From assembly GCA_964016885.1 (NCBI GenBank), contig OZ024740.1, positions 53,816,001-53,880,000 on the forward strand: a DNA stretch of 64,000 nt, given 5' to 3'. Under the pieces are notes generated by a model. The model was not told the origin of the DNA. It did no database searches and worked only from the letters and a program-made list of their open reading frames with translations. Of the stretch, positions 27,212 to 42,855 are shown piece after piece. A program made the position numbers and the translations under genes. Within the stretch, counting starts at the first letter, position 1. Each line of letters begins with the position of its first letter. Source of the DNA: Eledone cirrhosa. Lineage: Eukaryota.

Positions 27212-30200
27212 TCTATACTATAGAGAAAGATGAAGCGATTATTTATTGTTTTGTTTTAACATATATTTATTTCTAAGATTTCACCGTAGAGATAACATAT
27301 ATTTATACATACATGACAGAGAGTGAATATGGGACGCAGAAAATATTTCTCATCTAAATCCCAACGCATGGCAGCAGACTCACAACGTCAAAAAGAAAGG
27401 AGGGAAAATCAATCAAACAATAATCGCTCTACAACATCCCAACAAATTTCTACAAATGTAATTCAGTTAACACACCAACAACAACTTGCAACAAATACAC
27501 CAAACGTTCAGAGAGGAAGGAACAGGTCAATTGAAGGTATGGCAAAGAATCATACATATAAACCTTTCCAAGAGCAAACTGTTCTTTCCATAATGCCACA
27601 ACATAATGCAGGGAGTCTCTTTGCCTCTGTTTATCCGCACTGCAAAGCTTATCGCTGGCCGCATGAACCCAAATCTCTGTGCTGCTTCCAGGGAAAAGTG
27701 AAACTCCCTCAACTTCCTCCTCCTCCACCAAATATACTGAAATATTTCAATATCACTTAAGCAGGAAATTCTTTTCTCCATAAGGGCATATAACAATGTG
27801 CTTTCCTTAGCTTCAATTAGTTGCAAAGAGATTAAAGCACCAGGATTTAGTCCCACATTTAAGATCCAAGGTAAGATTTGTCATATTATTGTATCACTAC
27901 TTCCAAGTGATGATTCACCCAAGTTTGCGCAGCTTTACTTCTATGATACAGATCATGAGCTTCAGAATCGCTTGCATCATGCTAATTTAGTGGTTGCTGT
28001 CCTGCAGGACCTGCAAGAGGACTTGCACTACTGCAACACCTATATAAGAAACTTCAAGTCAGTCATTGAAATGCCAGTCTCTGAAAATGTGAATATTGTC
28101 CTACATGCTGACAAAGTAAAACCAACTGATTTTCATTATCGCACATATAATCTTCCGATGGCATCTGAGATTGCTGTTATTCAACCTGATACAGCATTAG
28201 GTCTTTTGGATAACTCCATTCATAAAAGAGATGGTGGTCTTCAGAGGATTCATCAGTTGCACCGTTCTTATGATCCTCTGCATTATGTGCTACTGTTTCC
28301 TTGGAGAATGATGGGTTTCAGGCTGGTTTGAGAAGGATTGACAACAACCACACACTCACGCCCACTGATTTCTACTGTTATCAGTTTCAGGTTAGGCAAG
28401 GTGACTGTAACATTATCATGAAGAGCAGGCGGTTAATGCAGCAATATGCTGTAGATGGCCAGGCAAAAATAGAAAATTGTTGCCTCAAATGGGCCCGCAA
28501 CAATCAAACCATGATACGAGCTGAAAAGTATGAGGGTTTGTATGATGTTGTGGCTGAAGGAGATTCAGTAAATGCAGGCCGGATAATTGTTCTTCCTCCT
28601 TCAATCTATGGTTCACCTCGCTTCTACAGTGAGTGCTTTCAGAATTCGATGACTGTGATTGAACACATGGGAAAGCCATTTTATTTCATCACGGTAACAA
28701 CTAACCCTAACTGGGATGAAGTAAACAATAGTTTGCACCCTGGTGAAGAACCTAGAGACCGTCCTGATATTTGTGCAAGAGTCTTCAAGATCAAGTATGA
28801 CAGCCTCATGGATGACATACTGAAAAGAAATGTCATAAGAAAAGTTGTGGCTCATTCTGCTACAATAGAGTGGCAAAAACGAGGCCTCACTCATGCTCAT
28901 ATTCTGCTGATAATGGCTGAAGATAGCAAACCCAAAACTGCTGATACCATTGATCAGGTAGTGTACTGTGAGATTCCTGATAAAGAGACCAATCCAATTC
29001 TGCAGAAGACCATCACCCCCTGCAACATACACGGCCCATGTGGACAAACTAATATGATGTGCCCATGTATGGAAGGGCTAGGACAACAGCACCATTGCTC
29101 AAAAAGTTATCCCAAGTCATTCAGACAAACCACATTTGTTGCCGAAAATTCATTTCCGGAGTATAGAAGAAAGGATAGACAGCATGGTGGTCACACCCAT
29201 ACAATCCAACTTAAAGGTCAATAATTTACTGTTGATAATTGTTGGATTTTTCCATACAACCCTTTCCACTCATTGGGTTATCAGTGCCACATCAATTGTG
29301 AGGTAGTCCACAGTGTTAAGGCTGTTAAATACTTATATAAGTACATCACGAAAGGATCAGACAAGATCACTTTCACTATTAAGGATGATCAAGGAAATTG
29401 TGTCCATGCCCCAAATGAGATTGAGACCTATATCAATGCACGGTACATCTCAGCCATTGAAGCATTCTGGAGAATCTATAAAATTCCATTATATCATCGA
29501 AAACCGCCAGTTGAAAAGTTGCCTTGCCATTTACCTGGGGTACAAATGGTCGTGTATGAGCGAGGGCAGGAAGAAAGTGTTGTTTCTAGGGGACAACCAA
29601 TAACTAAGTTGACGGAATATTTTCAACTGAATATTATATATCTACTGGCACAAAACATATTGTATATTTATATTCCTAAATATTTCACTTGGACAAACAA
29701 AAAGTGGCAAAGAAGAAAAAAGGGGCATCTGGATGGTGATCAACAATTTATGAGTGAATCTCTTGGACGCATTCCAACAGTATCTGTCTGTAGACATCAA
29801 TCTGAATTATATTACCTCAGGATGATCCTACATCACAAGGCTGGGTCAACTTCATACAAAAAAATGAGGGCAATTGAAGGAATTGAATTTCCAACATTCC
29901 AAGAAGCATGCAGGGAACTTGGTCTGTTAGATGAAGATGTAGAAAAAGACAAAGCTATGGAAGAGGCCTCATCCATTACGCTTGGTCCTCAGCTGCGAGA
30001 GATCTTCTGCACCATTTTATTGTACTGCATGCCAAATGACCCTCTGCAGTTCTGGGAGAAATGGAAGAATTGTCTTGCAGAGGATATCATGCATGAACAT
30101 CGTGAGCAAGTCATGTCCATGCAAACCGTGCAGATTGTTCTACAGAAGATCCAACAAAGATTTCAACATGATGGCTTGGACATTCATGCCAACTATGGAC

Positions 30201-32116
30201 TTCCTCGGCTAGATCCAACTATTGTTGCCATACCAGAAATAAACAGGGTTCTTATGGCAGAAACTGATTTCAATTCACACCAACTGCAAGCAAACATAAA
30301 TGAACTTCTGTCAACATTGAATCCTGAGCAACTGGTTATTTTTCACAAAGTAATCACCTCTGTAAATGAAATGAAAGCAGAATTTTCTGCTTGAATGCAA
30401 GTGCAGGTACAGGAAAGACCTATGTCATAAACATCCTATTCGATTACCTCTGATCTAATAAAAAAAATTGCACTTGCCACTGCCATATCTGGAATAGCAG
30501 CCACTTTGCTTCACAAAGGTAGAACTCTTCATTCCAAGTGCAAGATTCCTATCAACGTGACTGCTGAATCAACTTGCTTCTTCACAAAGAGGGATGACAC
30601 AGGTAAACTTATGCAGCAAGCTGACCTGCTAATCATTGATGAGATAGGTATGGGACATAAGCATATCTTTGAATGCCTTGACAGGAACTTAAAAGTTGTT
30701 CGAGATTGCAAAAAGCCATTTGCTGGTCTAACAGTATAACTATCTGGTGGCTGGAAGCACATTTTTCCAGCTGTACGTGCTAGACCACAAATAGTTGAGG
30801 CAACCATCAAGAGATCCTATCTCTGGAACTATGTGGAAACGATGGAGATGACAACCAATCCACGGTTAATTAATACAGAGGATTCTGATGAAAGACAGTT
30901 TGCAAACTACCTTCTTGATGTGGGAAGTTGTAACATTCCAACTGTTCCAAATGAATATGGTAATGTATCTGGCCTGTGTGATTTTGTGTACACAAATCTT
31001 CTAGGAAACTACACAAACCCACCATGGCTTGCAAATAGAGCCATTATCACTCCAACAAATAATGCAACAAAATTGTTGAATGAGTTCATAGTCAACAAGT
31101 TCCCTGGTCACGAAATAATCTACAGAAGCTCTGATACAGTAGATAATGAACTGCAATATCCAATTGAGTTCATCAACAAACTTACCCCATCAGGATTCCC
31201 AACACACATAATTAAACTGAAGAAAGGCAGATGCATCATGCTTCTAAGAAATCTGGATCCTCTAAACGGGCATTGCAATAGTACACGCTACATCATCATC
31301 AGTTTACAGAATCATGTAATTGAAGCTGAAGTGGCATTGGGTCCCAATGCTGGACAAGGTTGCTAATCCCAAGGATACCACATGTATCTCAAGAGCTTGA
31401 GTTCTCTTTCACCTTTACTCGCAAGCAATTTCCTGTCAAACCAGCCTTTGCCCTTACATTGAACAAGGCACAAGGGCAGACATTTGAAAAGATAGGTGTA
31501 TATCTACCAACACAATTCTTTACACATGGTCAAATGTATGTTGCATTATCACGAGTTACAAAAAAAGAAAATATAAAAGTATTAAATGAAAGGGGTCTGT
31601 TTGCTGACAACTGTGTCTACAAAGAAATTCTACAGTGATGTGAAACAGCTATCACTCTCTTTTAGTTGAAATGCATTTCAGTTTCTTTTTAACTGCTAGA
31701 AAAGGGACACTACAAAAACTTAAGAAGTCTATATGTCAATACAGTAAAACAACAATATAGCGAAGGTCAACTCTTCATATTGGTAAATGTAATTCATTCA
31801 TTCATACCAGTAGGATCTATTTTCAAATTCACTGTTTGAAGCTTCCCATCAACATTCCAAGTGAAGATTCATGAACATTTTCCGTCAACGGTTTCATCGC
31901 TTTCCCATCTCTGTTATCGCTTTTTTAAAAATGTATCATGGATTACTTTACTGATTACAGAAGTGTAATACAGTCTTTGTTCAGTTTATGTGCATATTGT
32001 CAATTTACGTATTATATCTATGTACATATATATTTGCGTATATCGATATACACATGCTAGCAGAAAATATATACACATGCTAGCAGAAAACCACCTGAGG
32101 GCGGTTCTTCTGCTAG
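27212..32116 (+). mobile_element. Autonomous-type Helitron, full length, coding region disrupted
   Basis: 5' A/TCTATACTAT at 27212; 3' hairpin aaccacc-tgag-ggcggtt then CTAG/T ending at 32116; Rep-helicase ORF fragments in between. Confidence 0.9.
27323..31638 (+). pseudogene. Helitron RepHel (HUH replication initiator + PIF1-family SF1 helicase)
   Basis: Zn-finger-like HCKAYRW..CC..GKV; Rep motifs FITVTTNPNW, EWQKRGLTHAH, YLYKYITKG; Walker A SAGTGKT (about 30400-30420), IIDE, MLLRNL, RKQFPV..AFALT.NKAQGQT, HGQMYVALSRV; several stops and frameshifts. Confidence 0.95.
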
Positions 32117-32278
32117 TATATATAATAGGGTTATAGTAACGTAAGAGATGATAGAGAGGAGAGACACAAAGAGGTGCGATACAGAATACTACATGCCAAA
32201 AGCTGATGCGTAATGTGCTTGAAGCTTGGGTTATCAGGGTTAAATATTAGAAAAAGTTTAATATTTAGTGTAAGGATT

Positions 32279-32327
<49 letters not shown>

Positions 32328-32378
32328 ATGTGTGTGTGTATATATATTTTAAGTATATATAAATATATATATATATGA

Positions 32379-34555
<2,177 letters not shown>

Positions 34556-34590
34556 TATATATATATATGAATGTAAATATCTCTCTCTCG

Positions 34591-34653
<63 letters not shown>

Positions 34654-34830
34654 GTAATTAGGAGTATTCCAAAGCTTGGTAGAACAAGTTGTGAGGAAAG
34701 TTCTCAACATACGTTAAGGTGACTCAACAGGTTGGTAGGGATTCTGTAGTGGAAACACGAACAAATGAGGAGTGTAATCAAAGAAGAGAAATAGGACGAA
34801 GGTAAACAGTTACAAAATAATTTAATCCAC

Positions 34831-34931
34831 GTATTAACAATTGTTTCATCAGAATTTCAGTCCATTATTACAACACTATGTAATAATAGGCAATCAAGAA
34901 AGATACTGTAGCATCCGAATTTTCAAAATAC
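34831..34931 (-). ncRNA. Type I hammerhead motif, U3-A8 core, long stem II
   Basis: Minus strand gtatt-TTGAAAA-ttcgga..cagt...actg..tctgat-GAAA-CAATTG-TT-aatac. Confidence 0.62.
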
Positions 34932-36355
34932 AAAGTTGGAATGACCTTAGGAAATGAAATAAGGTGTAGTAGTGTAAGATAGAGGAACAGAGAGAGAGAG
35001 GGGCAAAAGAGAGGGAGAGAGAGAGAGAAAAGGGATGGAGGTAGGGAGAGAAAGAGAAAGAGATAGGGTGGTGTGAGAGGATTTGTATAGAATATAGTTA
35101 AGTTACAAGAAGGGAGGAGGAGGAAGGTTGTGTGCTAAAAGTTGTGATGAGTAGAGGGAGAGAGAAGGAAGATATAATTTCAGGTGGCATTTGATAGTGG
35201 ACAGGCGAAAGTCTTACCAGAGTATAGATGAAGGAAGAAAGTATTAAATTTCATATATAGTCTATTTTTAGGAGTGTGGAATTGTTATTTAGGGTAGAAA
35301 GAGAGGTAGCATTAAGATTTAGTTGAAGGTTTGAAGTGTGAGAATTTCGCTTTCAGTTTATGCTGGCAAAAAATTGACCTTTCAATTTTGTTGTTTAGTA
35401 GTTGGTGGCTTGAGCTTAGGATATGGAAGAGCTCATTATTACACAACGGGCACGTTTTCATCCCACTCCAGTATGGAGGAGCATGTGAGAGTTTGATCCA
35501 TTTAAGGGTGTATTGTCGGTTATTCCCTTTTAAGTGCCAAATTTTGTCGGCGAGAGCCGTTACGTAACGGTGTCGGTGGTGCTTTATTGCGTAACGATGC
35601 GTGTACCAACGAGTTTTGAAGGTGTTTGCAGTGCTGCCTATGTAGTGCCAGGTTTGGTTGCCCGACTCAACCGAGCACCTGTACACTAGGTTTGAATGCA
35701 AACATTCGTTATTCAATGGACAAGTCTCTGGAAGGTGGCAATTACAATTTCTGTTATGGGGAGTGGTGGAGTTATAGGTGGGCTGAGATGTGTGTGTGAG
35801 TGTGTTTTGTGCATACTGTTTGTTAGTGGGTGGTTGTGTATTAGGTGTATTATTGTTTTGAGTGATTGGGGTGTTGTTGTTACGGAGTTTTTTGGCGTTG
35901 AGCATCTTAATGTGTGCGTCTAGGTTTGGTGCAGTGGAATAAGATAGTCTAATTGTTTTGGTATAAAGTATACTACTATATTTATGTGAATTTGGAAAGT
36001 GTTTTTTTATAATTTTGTAGAATGTGGAAGGTAAGTTAGAGCTAATAGAAGAGTTAAAAATAGGATTATACCAAATGTAAGATCTACTCCGTGTTCTGTT
36101 TTGCTTTGATGTTGCTGTTGTATTTGTGGTGTGGTTAGTATTAGGGGGTCTAGGTGCGTGTGTGCGGGTGTTTGTGGGGCGTTTGGCGTGTCTATGGTTA
36201 TGTGTTTTATGGTTGTGTCGGTCCATGTATTCTAGTTTGTCGGTGTGGCCAGCCCTTTTCTCTCTCTCTCTCCCTCTCTTTTGCCCCTCTCTCTCTCTGT
36301 TCCTCTATCTTACACTACTACCCCTTATTTCATTTCCTAAGGTCATTCCAACTTT

Positions 36356-36456
36356 GTATTTTGAAAATTCGGATGCTACAGTATCTTTCTTGATTGCCTA
36401 TTATTACATAGTGTAGCAATAATGGACTGAAATTCTCATGAAACAATTGTTAATAC
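36356..36456 (+). ncRNA. Inverted copy of the same U3-A8 hammerhead motif
   Basis: gtatt-TTGAAAA-...-GAAA-CAATTG-TT-aatac; palindromic stem III ACAATTGT. Confidence 0.58.
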
Positions 36457-36505
36457 GTGGATTAAATTCTTTTGTAACTGTTTACCTTCGTCCTACTTCT
36501 CTCTT

Positions 36506-36568
<63 letters not shown>

Positions 36569-36744
36569 TTCAAGAGTAACCAATCTTAAAGAGAGAGATG
36601 GATATAGGAGAGGATATAGGAGAGGAGAGATTGGTGAATTAGTTAGAAGCTAAAGCGTAAAGGCATGTGCTCAATGTGCAATATGCAGTGGAAAGCAGTT
36701 AGGTGGCTGGGTTCATGCAGAAGTTAGGCACGCAGAGCTGGAAA

Positions 36745-37332
36745 TATTCATTAGTTAAGCAAAACAAGACCACACATTTCACAAGGAAGACATTATTAAA
36801 AGATTGTGAACATATTTTAGTTTGATGTAAGGAATGTAGAGAATAATAATAATAATATTAATAATATTAATAATAATAATAATAATAATAATTCGACACG
36901 AGAGTGCAAGAGAAGGAGAGGGAGAAAATTAACGGATACCAGGACTTAAAGTGGGAGGTAAAAAGGATTTGGAACGCCATTGTCATAGGCGCACTAGGTA
37001 CTATCTCAAAAAGTTTCCAGGGATGGTTAAAGAAAATTGGCCCCGCCACGCTTTTTGGAACGCTTCAAAAGGCATGCTTGCCGGGAACAGCAAGAACCCT
37101 CCGATACGTCCTGAATATCTGAGGCTGCAGGTAGTGGCTTGATATTCATTTCAACAAACTTTCCTGTTAACTAACATCAATGACTGAGATTCAAAGAACA
37201 ATAATTATTATTATTAATATTATTATTATTATTCTCTACATTCCTTACATCAAACTAAAATATTTTTACAATCTTTTAATAATGTCCTCCTTGTGAAATT
37301 TGTGGTCTTGTTTTGCTTAACTAATGAATATA
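36745..37332. repeat. About 100-bp inverted arms (36745-36850 and 37225-37332) enclosing the Dong-like fragment
   Basis: attcattagttaagcaaaacaagaccac...ggaatgtagagaataat versus its reverse complement. Confidence 0.8.
36893..37205 (+). mobile_element. 3' end of an R4/Dong-like (RLE-type) non-LTR retrotransposon inserted in (TAA)n
   Basis: KEREKI..YQDLK.E..RIW..IVIGALG..LQKA....TAR.LR.VL matches the restriction-like endonuclease C-terminus; flanked by TAA repeats. Confidence 0.75.
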
Positions 37333-38509
37333 TATATATATATATATATATCAACTAGAAATAGATTGACATATATATATATAAAATAAACATATGGAAC
37401 AATCACAGGGAATAATTTGTAAAGAATGTAAGCACACATAGCTAGGTAGGTAACCATTTAAAGTTTAACTAGAACTTCAAATATAGATACCTGTTAAAAT
37501 GATTAATCTCCGTTGTATATTTTTTTTAAGTAAAAAATATATTTCACCAATTAATCAGTAAATCACAGTAGTCAAATCCTGGATGGTCACCAAAGGAGAA
37601 GAAAATAGCTATCTGTGTTTACAAAGCAAATGCAAATCTGTGAATGACTCGAACCACGTGTTGCATTTTTAAAAAATACACACATCGCACAGCGTCATCC
37701 CAGTGACGTGAATAGGATTATCGACAGCTAGAAATAGCAGGCGAGTCCATTCAACTGAGTTAGCCCTACAATTAAGGGGCTGTATATATATCCAAAATTA
37801 AATTACGGGTTGTCATGTCTGAGAGACATATGTTTATTTTATATATATATATATGTCAATCTATTTCTAGTTGATATGAAATGCTCGGATCTATTCATTG
37901 GAATTTTTTAGCTTATTCTGTAGTAGATATGGCGCATGTCTCTCAGACATGACAACCCTTAATTTAATTTTGTATATATATATATATAACATTTTGTGAT
38001 TGTAAGGTCTAGTTACTGTAGAATCACAAAAGTGACCACTCGATGCGTTGTTTCCAGTAGATATAAAGGTCTTGTACTAAGCAGAGTGTAATAATGATAA
38101 TTCCATTTATTGAGGTGCATAGCACATTGCGGGAGTGATCATCTTAAGACTCGATATGTCTCGATCTGACCCGACTCTGGATTCTGTCATTAACATAATA
38201 GAAGTTCGACGAGCTTTTAATTCAAGATTGGGGCTAGATCGATACAGGTCGAGCCTTGCGCTGATCAATCGCTCAACGCGCGTTACACCTTAATAAATGG
38301 AATTAAGATCTAATACATCATCCTTTTTATTATATATATATATATAAAACGAAAGAAGTGTGGTAAGGAACCAGGTGGACCAATAACGCACAAGAGTACT
38401 CGATACTTTGGGTAGTAGAGTGGATAATAGGAAAAGGTTCAGGACCCCGACGGCAGAGCTCAATACGTTTCTACGGCTATTTCTGGACTCTAGTCATGAA
38501 CCTTTTCCT

Positions 38510-38568
<59 letters not shown>

Positions 38569-40262
38569 GTACGCGTGTCTTTATGTGTGTCTTTGTGTGT
38601 ATGTGTGTGTGTGAATCTGTTTTTGTTTTATCTTAGTTTAACTTCTGCTCATTTTCAATACACTAATGTTAACCCGTTTAATAATGTATCGATATAGATA
38701 TTAAACTTGAATTTTAATTACTAAAACATTTTATGTTCTAAAACAATGAAAACATTATTCAGAATAAAATGTAGTATGAGTCTTACTACTGGCAAAATAA
38801 TTAAACGAATTCACCGCATAAATGTTGAAATATTAGAAATGAACTACAACCAAACCTGTTGACTTTTGTAGTATACTAAGAAGAGACTCGAAAGAAAGTA
38901 ATATATATATAAGAAAAAGAAAAAAATTAACCCGATGTTTGAACAATTACATAAAGCCCAGGAGGTAGCTCTGTGGTTGATACTAATAATAACAGCTTGA
39001 GTAGATATGTTAAGTGAATCAAGTGGCTACCCGTTTGTGTTGCACATGAATTTTACATGCAACAACGTCCAAAAAAAAAAAAAATCTGTAAGAACACAAG
39101 AAAATAAACACAACGGAAAAACAAAGAAAGAATATTATTGGGCATAGCTCAACCTCCTAGAGCTGGTTATATAATGTTGAATTTCCTGCAAGGCATATAA
39201 CACTGTTGTTTGACTGCTCATGGAGATTTCCACACACGCCCCAGGCGTTTATCTCAATACATGAACATTTGTCCTAATAGCCTTGTGTTATTTTTTGCTG
39301 AATTTTTTTTTTTTTCTATGGGAGCAATCATTCATTTCGATATCTTTGAATTCATGACAATTAGCAGTAACCATAATTCATTTTAAAGTAAATTTAGAAC
39401 AATAAAATCAACATTCTGATTGATTTTTCATGTTTTTAATAGTTTAAGTGTTCTTCATTGCTTGCAGTTCTTTTGCTATTTAATTGAAGAAATGTAAGTC
39501 GATGAAATAAAACCAACGAAAAAGACTACATTATACATTATTCTGCCGTCCAAATAAAACAATACGTATTATAAACGAATATATTCATGTGTTATTTGAT
39601 CAATATAATATACCAGTGATACTGTCATGTAATTGAACCCCTATACAGTCGTAAAAGCTACTAGAAATAGCAGCCAAATAAATTTCACCCACATCATACA
39701 CTACGATTCATAAAAAGAAAGATATATTAGATAATTTATTCTTATATACATAATATAGGTGAAAACAGTTCCAGCGCCCTCTGATCCGAATACAGATCCT
39801 CCGGAAGCTAAAGGAATCGATACATAATGTATCAGCTAACTGCTGATTTTTCGCTTTTTTTAAATTTTTAGCAAAATTCACTAGGTTTACTTCCACTCTA
39901 TGGACAAGAAAGGAGGAAATATATAGTATTTCTGAGTAAAAGATAGGATGATCAGCATAGCATACATGTAATCGTGGTTCTGCTTGGGATGATCAGCATA
40001 GCATACTTTTAATCATGGTTCTACTAGCGCGTAGCTGATCAGGAGCTAAGAATTTTTATGCTGAGCAATTAATTCTATTTTATTTAGATATAATCTAGTA
40101 TGTACATCAACAACATAACTTAATATAAAATACGCTTATTTTCACTAATATCTATTAGAAACTCGATCTACAGTGACCCGTTGGGTCACGTTCACTTAAA
40201 AATATAATTTAAATAATTAAAATATACAGACATGTATATAGTGTAAAATGAAATTGGAAAGC

Positions 40263-40324
<62 letters not shown>

Positions 40325-40329
<5 letters not shown>

Positions 40330-40852
40330 TAAGTCCTTCATCAGTGACCCTCCAACCGTCCCAGGCATTTCATCGCTTTAAGGGCCATATGCCTCAGGTT
40401 GGTGCGAACAACGGCTAAAAAAAGTCGTTGGGACACGTAAATAAAGGGGACGTTAGGGTAACAAACAAAATGGTTTAAGCAACGGAAAGTGAGAAGAAAT
40501 AGACAAGTCCCAGATCTCTATGAATATAAACTCGGTGAAATCGTGAACAAGAGACAAAAGACCGTTAGACCTGTGCGAAATTCCTTCCTTGCTCACATTT
40601 CAACCAGGTTTGATGGTCTTTTGTCTCTTGTTCACGATTTCACCGAGTTTATATTCATAGAGATCTGGGACTTGTCTATTTCTTCTCACTTTCCGTTGCT
40701 TAAACCATTTTGTTTGTTACCCTAACGTCCCCTATTTACGTGTCCCAACGACTTTTTTTAGCCGTTGTTCGCACCAACCTGAGGCATATGGCCCTTAAAG
40801 CGATGAAATGCCTGGGACGGTTGGAGGGTCACTGATGAAGGACTTACTTTTT
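40325..40852. repeat. Near-perfect palindrome (about 240-bp arms, about 45-bp spacer)
   Basis: About 40325-40566 is the reverse complement of about 40613-40852; about 60 bp of the arm end recurs at 60731-60790. Confidence 0.9.
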
Positions 40853-40910
40853 CATATGCACCACCATTTGCAACGCGCAGCCATCATTATTATAATATAT
40901 ATATATATAT

Positions 40911-42855
40911 TGGAATAAATGCTCTGAAATAGCGATATATATGTGAATATAGACATAGAATATTCGAAAATATTCTGTATGTTTATAATAAACATTTTGA
41001 AGACCTAATCGCTATAGAATAGAATACGTCACGTATTACAATTAGATTCTCGATAAAAGCAAGGGAAGTAATCTACGCGTTTCATTCTTGTTAGAAATCA
41101 TCAGGACCACATATCCAGTGCTTTTATCGAGAATGACACAGCTAGAGACTTATAGAATACTTAGCTGTGTACAGGAACTGGTTTGAAAGAGCGGTTGCCG
41201 GTCCGGCAGAAATTAGAAATTGGAATAAATGCTCTGAAATAGCGATATATATGTGAATATAGACATAGAATATTCGAAAATATTCTGTATGTTTATAATA
41301 AACATTTTGAAGACCTAATCGCTATAGAATAGAATACGTCACGTATTACAATTAGATTCTCGATAAAAGCAAGGGAAGTAATCTACGCGTTTCATTCTTG
41401 TTAGAAATCATCAGGACCACATATCCAGTGCTTTTATCGAGAATGACACAGCTAGAGACTTATAGAATACTTAGCTGTGTACAGGAACTGGTTTGAAAGA
41501 GCGGTTGCCGGTCCGGCAGAAATTAGAAATTGGAATAAATGCTCTGAAATAGCGATATATATGTGAATATAGACATAGAATATTCGAAAATATTCTGTAT
41601 GTTTATAATAAACATTTTGAAGACCTAATCGCTATAGAATAGAATACGTCACGTATTACAATTAGATTCTCGATAAAAGCAAGGGAAGTAATCTACGCGT
41701 TTCATTCTTGTTAGAAATCATCAGGACCACATATCCAGTGCTTTTATCGAGAATGACACAGCTAGAGACTTATAGAATACTTAGCTGTGTACAGGAACTG
41801 GTTTGAAAGAGCGGTTGCCGGTCCGGCAGAAATTAGAAATTGGAATAAATGCTCTGAAATAGCGATATATATGTGAATATAGACATAGAATATTCGAAAA
41901 TATTCTGTATGTTTATAATAAACATTTTGAAGACCTAATCGCTATAGAATAGAATACGTCACGTATTACAATTAGATTCTCGATAAAAGCAAGGGAAGTA
42001 ATCTACGCGTTTCATTCTTGTTAGAAATCATCAGGACCACATATCCAGTGCTTTTATCGAGAATGACACAGCTAGAGACTTATAGAATACTTAGCTGTGT
42101 ACAGGAACTGGTTTGAAAGAGCGGTTGCCGGTCCGGCAGAAATTAGAAATTGGAATAAATGCTCTGAAATAGCGATATATATGTGAATATAGACATAGAA
42201 TATTCGAAAATATTCTGTATGTTTATAATAAACATTTTGAAGACCTAATCGCTATAGAATAGAATACGTCACGTATTACAATTAGATTCTCGATAAAAGC
42301 AAGGGAAGTAATCTACGCGTTTCATTCTTGTTAGAAATCATCAGGACCACATATCCAGTGCTTTTATCGAGAATGACACAGCTAGAGACTTATAGAATAC
42401 TTAGCTGTGTACAGGAACTGGTTTGAAAGAGCGGTTGCCGGTCCGGCAGAAATTAGAAATTGGAATAAATGCTCTGAAATAGCGATATATATGTGAATAT
42501 AGACATAGAATATTCGAAAATATTCTGTATGTTTATAATAAACATTTTGAAGACCTAATCGCTATAGAATAGAATACGTCACGTATTACAATTAGATTCT
42601 CGATAAAAGCAAGGGAAGTAATCTACGCGTTTCATTCTTGTTAGAAATCATCAGGACCACATATCCAGTGCTTTTATCGAGAATGACACAGCTAGAGACT
42701 TATAGAATACTTAGCTGTGTACAGGAACTGGTTTGAAAGAGCGGTTGCCGGTCCGGCAGAAATTAGAAATTGGAATAAATGCTCTGAAATAGCGATATAT
42801 ATGTGAATATAGACATAGAATATTCGAAAATATTCTGTATGTTTATAATAAACAT
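40911..42855 (-). repeat. Tandem array, 310-bp unit x about 6.3 (hammerheads on the minus strand)
   Basis: tggaataaat recurs at 40911, 41221, 41531, 41841, 42151, 42461 and 42771. Confidence 0.97.
41068..41110 (-). ncRNA. Type I hammerhead ribozyme (minus-strand copies also at 41378, 41688, 41998, 42308, 42618)
   Basis: Exact reverse complement of the 42968-43010 motif. Confidence 0.88.

Larger units (their letters stand above)
34780..36508 (-). mobile_element. Penelope-like element (family D) 3' portion with inverted terminal repeats; linker + GIY-YIG ORF 35312-36226
   Basis: YIWYNPIFN, KHFP, LSYST.PN, CNC....CPL..EC, LVY..YIGSTANTFKTR, CPLC..E, CQH; about 34780-35033 is the reverse complement of about 36255-36508. 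Confidence 0.9.

Noticed and set aside
40795-40850. Type II hammerhead from GAAA...CTGATGA in the palindrome arm
   Set aside because: Could not form stem II or a stem III with an NUH site.
41005-41060. Opposite-polarity hammerhead in the 310-bp unit (TTGAAGA followed by a ctaat/attag stem)
   Set aside because: No GAAA box follows the stem, so there is no evidence for ribozymes in both polarities.
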